NCBI GenBank assembly: GCA_046542355.1
Contig: JBKHBN010000002.1
Coordinates: 36,153 to 100,152 of the forward strand
DNA length: 64,000 bases
Origin: Alphaproteobacteria bacterium
Lineage (GTDB): Bacteria > Pseudomonadota > Alphaproteobacteria > Micavibrionales > Micavibrionaceae
Direction: 5' to 3'
Shown here: positions 59,797-64,000 of the stretch, one piece after another
How the letters are laid out: each line of letters starts with the position of its first letter
Numbering within the stretch: the first letter of the stretch is position 1
Made by a program: the position numbers and the translations under genes
The notes under the pieces: model-generated
The model's input: only the letters and a program-made list of their open reading frames with translations
What the model was told of the DNA's origin: nothing
The model's database searches: none

Positions 59797-62711
59797 TATT
59801 TCGGCTCTGGTTCGTCAAGATCTGGATCATCATCGAAATCAGGGTCATCGAAACCATCGTCAAGATCATCGGCGTCATAATCATGATCGATTTGATGTTT
59901 TTTATTATTATACCCTTTGAAATCATCATTCATACCACCATCAAAGGGCTTTTTCTTCTGTTCTTTTCCAAGTGGCTCAATGTCTTTTTCCGGCTCCATC
60001 AAGCGTTCTTGCGTCTTTTTTTGTTCATCTTCAGCATCCGAGTCATCGCCATCAACCGCAGCCTCGATCTTGGCATCCTTTCCTTCCGCAAAACCAAGCT
60101 TCTTCTTTTTCTTCTTGGCTTTTTTGCGCTTTTTGCTCTTCTCCAAAAAGCTTTGCTTTTGCCTTGACTGAGCCGCGGCCGCATTTTTACCCTCGGAAGA
60201 CCCTGTATCCTTATCAGAATCCTGATCCTGAGATGGATCTTTATCACGTGACAAGTCAGCATGATCCTGAGGCTTGGATTCCGGTACGTCCTGGTTCTGC
60301 TTTCCTTTATCTTTTTGCTTACCTGTAGCACCTGCACCGCGCGATTGCGTAACGCCCGCATCAGAAAGCGGCATAGGCGGTGACCAGTCAGGCCGCGTAG
60401 CCTCGATAACATCCTTGAGAATAACTTTAACATCGCGCTTGGCCTGAAGCTTCATATGATCAGGTAAAAACCTGTAAGATCGCGCAAGAACGGTTAAAAA
60501 ATGCTGCTGCTTGGACAGGGACTTCCAGTGTTTCATATACCGCATGATCGGCATGAACTTTACCCCCTTGAATCCTCCGGGCGGCGCAAAAACAGCAAAT
60601 GGATGCACCCGCTGCGGCGTAATTCCGATATGCGTGTAATAGCTCTCTCCAAGTTTAAGAACCATATTGGGCTTAACCCCCATCTTCTCGGCTACGAATT
60701 GCTTGAGCTGGCGATGGTTTTTAACATCTTTGGGAATATTATATTGCGGGGCGCTCAAGCTCAAACCGTTCCCCTCAAAGCGCTGCGGCACTGGCATATG
60801 CTGCACAAGAAATCCGGCATGAATATCACCCTTCATGCTTTTTGATATAGGCAAAATCACAGCCGTGTTAATCGTTTTCTCATCAGAAATAACAAAGTCC
60901 TGGGTCTGCGCAGCAATTCCGGTATAACCACCTTGATTTTGACCTTCTTCAACAAAGATAGAGTTAACGGTCCGAAGTTGACCGGCAGTGCCCTTAATAT
61001 CCTTAAAACGGGTATCTGTCTGATTTAAAAGCTTGAAAAAATCTTTGATATTAAATTCTTCGATAATGCGTGATGTTGCAATGTAAATATCTTTACGCAA
61101 CCAGTTCTCGGCTTTTGCACCGATATGCTGCATTAAAGAAAGTATTTGCAACTCAAGACGAGAATATGGGATCAGTCCAACGGCAATAGCATCCAGAACA
61201 CTTTGGGCATTAAGTTCACGCAGCACCCCTTTTTCAGTAAACGCATAATCTTCAAGCAGCGAAGGCGGCGGTTCAAGTTGTTTTTCCTGATCTTCGACCC
61301 GCACAAAATATGAGTGCACACGCTCGTCAATATAATTTGGATCGGGATAATATGTTGCGCCGGCCTCAAGAAGCGCTTTTTCTTCCAGATCCAATCCGGT
61401 ATAGCTTTTGATAAAGTTCTGCGCATCGCTGTGAGAGGTTTCATCAATGCCCTTAATAGCAACACTATCAACGGATATAGCTTCAAGCATATGCCCGGAC
61501 CACTCACGGCCATCAATATTATCACCATTGCGCGCTACGGCATTACTCAGTCCGCGTATAATACCGTCATGAAAATAGACAAAGATCCTGCCCTTATGGT
61601 CAATGCGATAGGGGAAAACCTCAACCAGTTCCTTATCGCGCGTCACAACATCAAGAATTTTCCCATCCACGTTATTGCGCATGGCTCTGATCTGTAAGCG
61701 GTTAATTTCTTCTTGTGTCAATCGGCGCTCTTTGACGCTCAGGCTTGTGCGTTCAGGACGCTTGCGTGATACGGAAACAAAACTTGTTGGAGGGTCACCC
61801 AAAGCTTCACCGTTAACATGCATCAAGCGAAAATGGCCTTCAAAATTCTTTCTTATATAATCTTCATTCCAGTGCGGAGCGGAATAGAGCATTTGCGCTC
61901 CCAAAGAATGAAGTTCGCGGCGAAACTCATCAACGGTAAAATAAGTGAACTCAAAGGGCAGGGTATGCTCCCATAAATCCCTGCTATCTTTGCGCATAAT
62001 GAATTCATAAGCCCATTTATAGGGCAGGCGAAATAAACGCGTGCGCGGAAAGCGCGGAGGCAGCTCTTCCAGGAAAAAGCCGCCACATCCCGGATTTTGC
62101 TTAGGCTGTGCATGTTCTGAATACCAGACCAGTAAATCAGCTTCAGACAATTCGGATAAAGCCTCTCCGTGGCTAGGCTCATCATGCATCTCCATCAAAA
62201 CAAAGTCACTATCGGAGGGTTTTGTATAATCCTGAATAAACATCAGCCCGCCATTTTTGAGCATGGAAAATTGCTTGCGCAGTGTATCACTGACAATGCG
62301 TTGATTATAGCGCGCCTCTGAATAGATCTCATGCAATGTAAATGAGTTAATAATAGCATCCAGTGAATCTTCATCAAAGACTTCTCCAGACGTATCACCC
62401 ATTTCAAAGGACAGGTTATCGAGCTGATAAGCTTTGCTGGCTTCACGAACAGCTTTCTTGCTTTTATTAACCCCCAAAAAGGTAACCTCTGGCCGCAATG
62501 CCGCCATCGCATAGGTAAGGCGGCCATCCCCACAGCCTAAATGTGCCACGCGCGCCTCAGGATTGAGCAGCATATGCGAAAGTGTAAACCACCCCTGACG
62601 AACAATCTCATACGGAATGTCCTTCAAAAGCGCATTGCGCTCCTCAATGTGGCTTATTTCAACGCCATCGGTGGGCGCTCTGTCATCATTATTATCGGAA
62701 CCCGGTGCCAT
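59796..62711 (-). CDS. 971-aa fusion: N-terminal class I SAM methyltransferase, two degenerate Nudix-like domains, K/D/E-rich low-complexity tail
   Basis: The SAM motif I is VAHLGCGDGRLT, with a post-I/II motif DAIINSFTLHEI. Two internal repeats end in GATYYPDPNYIDERVHSYFV and GESYYTHIGITPQRVHPFAV (ADP-ribose-pyrophosphatase-like strand pattern, Nudix box degenerate). The tail contains KKRKKAKKKKKK and DDLDDGFDDPDFDDDPDLDEPE. Confidence 0.6.
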   Translation of the reverse strand: MAPGSDNNDDRAPTDGVEISHIEERNALLKDIPYEIVRQGWFTLSHMLLNPEARVAHLGCGDGRLTYAMAALRPEVTFLGVNKSKKAVREASKAYQLDNLSFEMGDTSGEVFDEDSLDAIINSFTLHEIYSEARYNQRIVSDTLRKQFSMLKNGGLMFIQDYTKPSDSDFVLMEMHDEPSHGEALSELSEADLLVWYSEHAQPKQNPGCGGFFLEELPPRFPRTRLFRLPYKWAYEFIMRKDSRDLWEHTLPFEFTYFTVDEFRRELHSLGAQMLYSAPHWNEDYIRKNFEGHFRLMHVNGEALGDPPTSFVSVSRKRPERTSLSVKERRLTQEEINRLQIRAMRNNVDGKILDVVTRDKELVEVFPYRIDHKGRIFVYFHDGIIRGLSNAVARNGDNIDGREWSGHMLEAISVDSVAIKGIDETSHSDAQNFIKSYTGLDLEEKALLEAGATYYPDPNYIDERVHSYFVRVEDQEKQLEPPPSLLEDYAFTEKGVLRELNAQSVLDAIAVGLIPYSRLELQILSLMQHIGAKAENWLRKDIYIATSRIIEEFNIKDFFKLLNQTDTRFKDIKGTAGQLRTVNSIFVEEGQNQGGYTGIAAQTQDFVISDEKTINTAVILPISKSMKGDIHAGFLVQHMPVPQRFEGNGLSLSAPQYNIPKDVKNHRQLKQFVAEKMGVKPNMVLKLGESYYTHIGITPQRVHPFAVFAPPGGFKGVKFMPIMRYMKHWKSLSKQQHFLTVLARSYRFLPDHMKLQAKRDVKVILKDVIEATRPDWSPPMPLSDAGVTQSRGAGATGKQKDKGKQNQDVPESKPQDHADLSRDKDPSQDQDSDKDTGSSEGKNAAAAQSRQKQSFLEKSKKRKKAKKKKKKLGFAEGKDAKIEAAVDGDDSDAEDEQKKTQERLMEPEKDIEPLGKEQKKKPFDGGMNDDFKGYNNKKHQIDHDYDADDLDDGFDDPDFDDDPDLDEPEPK

Positions 62712-62949
62712 TGTTCTCGTTTCTACCCTTAATTTACCCCAAACGCATGGTCTTTTTATGATCTGTACTACAGCGTGTTATACCGCTTTTTTTTTAGATT
62801 TCATAGAAATTATCCCCAAAACCGGAATCTTACAAGGATTCACTTGCGAAAACAGGATCAGTTTAAATTGGCACGGGAGCTGTGGTTATGTTAAAATTGT
62901 ATACATAAAACAGAAGTAGAGCATTTAGGCACGAAGTAAAGGACAGAGG

Positions 62950-64000
62950 ATGAGCGGCAGAGATCGCTTTATGCGATACATTTACCCTCTTGAGGGAGAG
63001 CAGGTTATCAATGGGCATCAGGTTGAACACACTGAAGCTCACCCTAGAATGCAAGCACTTAAAGATATTATGGTCAACAAGATTGAAGGCGCCCTGTATG
63101 GTAGGGCTGCAAATTATGACGAAGTAATGTTACAAGAGACATTTCGTAAACCATCATGGAATTACGAAGACGCATCTATGTATGAAAAGTTGGTCAGTGA
63201 AATGCTCTCTGATGAAATGGCAAGCGGACGCCATAATTTTACCCGCGGTGACTGCGAAGATGTCAGCAGACATGGCGGGTATCTCTTGAACATGATAGAC
63301 AAAGAAGTTTTCGCAAAACATGGCGGTGGTGGCTTTAAACAGCATGAGCCATATTACTATCTCAGAACATCAGCGCTTTTCAGACGTGACGAAGACGGGC
63401 AACGGCAGTTTCCCAGAAGACATGCTGTCGTTATTTCCGGGAGGACAGGAAATATTTCTGATTTTCAAGATGAATCCAACCCCTATCAAAAAGCTATGTT
63501 TCCACAAAGCTTTGAGCAATTTATCCAAAACGGCAGGCCGATTGTGGCGCACCCGCCAGAAGGAGTAAGGCACCAGACCCAGTGGGGACATGCTTACGGT
63601 AAAAGAGAGATATCCATTCAGGATTTGCAAACGGCACGAAAAGGTTATCAGGTCAGAGCTTATCCTGATCACGGGCGCACCTTTTCTCACAGACACATGA
63701 CAGCGCCCGGCGTACCAGATGACCAATATCCTTTCCATCAACAAAATGGAGCAAGGAATCATCACGGAGCTAACGGGCAGAGCGCTGGATCCTTACAGTC
63801 TCATTCATCAGGCGGAAATGTCAGCCAGACGCAAACCCAATATTTTGAGGTGGCAAAAGGACATTTCACCCCGCAGGAAATGCAAAAGCTAAATCAGGTG
63901 ATGAATGTGGTAGTAGCGCAGAACAGGCCTTTGGTAGATCAGTTGACTGGAAATGGCAACAACAGAGTAACAATCACAAAAGGTGATTATACAGGAGCCG
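62950..64000 (+). CDS. Hypothetical protein, N-terminal 350 aa (runs off window end)
   Basis: Not on the ORF track. I hand-translated it from the ATG at 62950 (AAGGA SD 6 nt upstream, in-frame stop at 62926): MSGRDRFMRYIYPLEGEQVINGHQVEHTEAHPRMQ...HGRTFSHRHMTAPGVPDDQYPFHQQNGARNHHGANGQ.... There is no stop through 64000. It is His/Gln-rich, and I recognise no family. Confidence 0.5.
   Translation, partial: MSGRDRFMRYIYPLEGEQVINGHQVEHTEAHPRMQALKDIMVNKIEGALYGRAANYDEVMLQETFRKPSWNYEDASMYEKLVSEMLSDEMASGRHNFTRGDCEDVSRHGGYLLNMIDKEVFAKHGGGGFKQHEPYYYLRTSALFRRDEDGQRQFPRRHAVVISGRTGNISDFQDESNPYQKAMFPQSFEQFIQNGRPIVAHPPEGVRHQTQWGHAYGKREISIQDLQTARKGYQVRAYPDHGRTFSHRHMTAPGVPDDQYPFHQQNGARNHHGANGQSAGSLQSHSSGGNVSQTQTQYFEVAKGHFTPQEMQKLNQVMNVVVAQNRPLVDQLTGNGNNRVTITKGDYTGA

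Noticed and set aside
59661-60433. Cluster of overlapping ORFs on both strands (59661-60167, 59917-60171, 59972-60328, 59999-60433, and others)
   Set aside because: These are artefacts of the low-complexity K/D/E-coding tail of the 971-aa gene, where stops are rare in several frames.
1-64000. Searched by eye for rRNA, tRNA, tmRNA, CRISPR arrays, transposase/integrase/reverse transcriptase genes, toxin-antitoxin pairs and known defence-system signatures
   Set aside because: I found none. All long ORFs are accounted for by flagellar or housekeeping families or the few orphans listed. The only direct repeats are the 14-bp x3 and (TTC)8 arrays. A proper tRNAscan, Infernal or DefenseFinder run was not possible.

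Overview
This is a chromosomal segment from an alphaproteobacterium. I infer that from gene content: fliX, flbT/flaF, cckA, DUF1013/TrcR, DUF1192, petAB, and a GTTC-N7-GTTC SOS box before recA. Positions 1-30.5 kb are a dense flagellar super-locus. It holds fliF, flaG-like, flaF, flbT, flagellin, fliK, two FlgN-like paralogs, flgJ(rod-binding), flgI, fliX, dksA, flgH-A-G-F, fliL, fliM, a DUF6468-like gene, motE, cheY, cheZ, a MotB-like pair, a 1054-aa AMIN/TPR protein, fliP-O, a flhB-C-like gene, flgB-C, fliE, fliQ-R and flhB. Several operons carry good sigma54 (-24/-12) promoter matches. The remaining 33 kb is mostly housekeeping. It contains a DUF4139 gene, cckA, recA, smpB, dapA, slt, a LuxR-type response regulator with a hybrid kinase, the MoxR-DUF58-BatA_N/DUF4159 four-gene operon, cca, trmL, petA, petB, DUF465, trcR-like, DUF1192, guaC, gloB and an NDUFAF5-like methyltransferase. 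It ends with a 971-aa methyltransferase fusion protein and a partial orphan ORF. I found no rRNA, tRNA, CRISPR array, transposase/integrase, or recognisable defence or toxin-antitoxin system. The unusual items are as follows. (1) A 274-bp element bounded by 25-bp inverted repeats fills the flagellin upstream region, and copies of its terminal 12-25 nt motif (TAGATAGTGTCG...) are dispersed in other intergenic spots. (2) The petC position holds only a 94-aa heme-less remnant of cytochrome c1, next to a cytochrome b with a ~70-aa insertion. (3) An Asp-less MotB-like protein, a true MotB and a giant AMIN-TPR protein lie together with no motA nearby. (4) The 971-aa protein combines a methyltransferase, two degenerate Nudix-like domains and an NLS-like charged tail, and is translationally coupled to the next two genes. 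All functional calls rest on motif recognition by eye, because no database search was possible.
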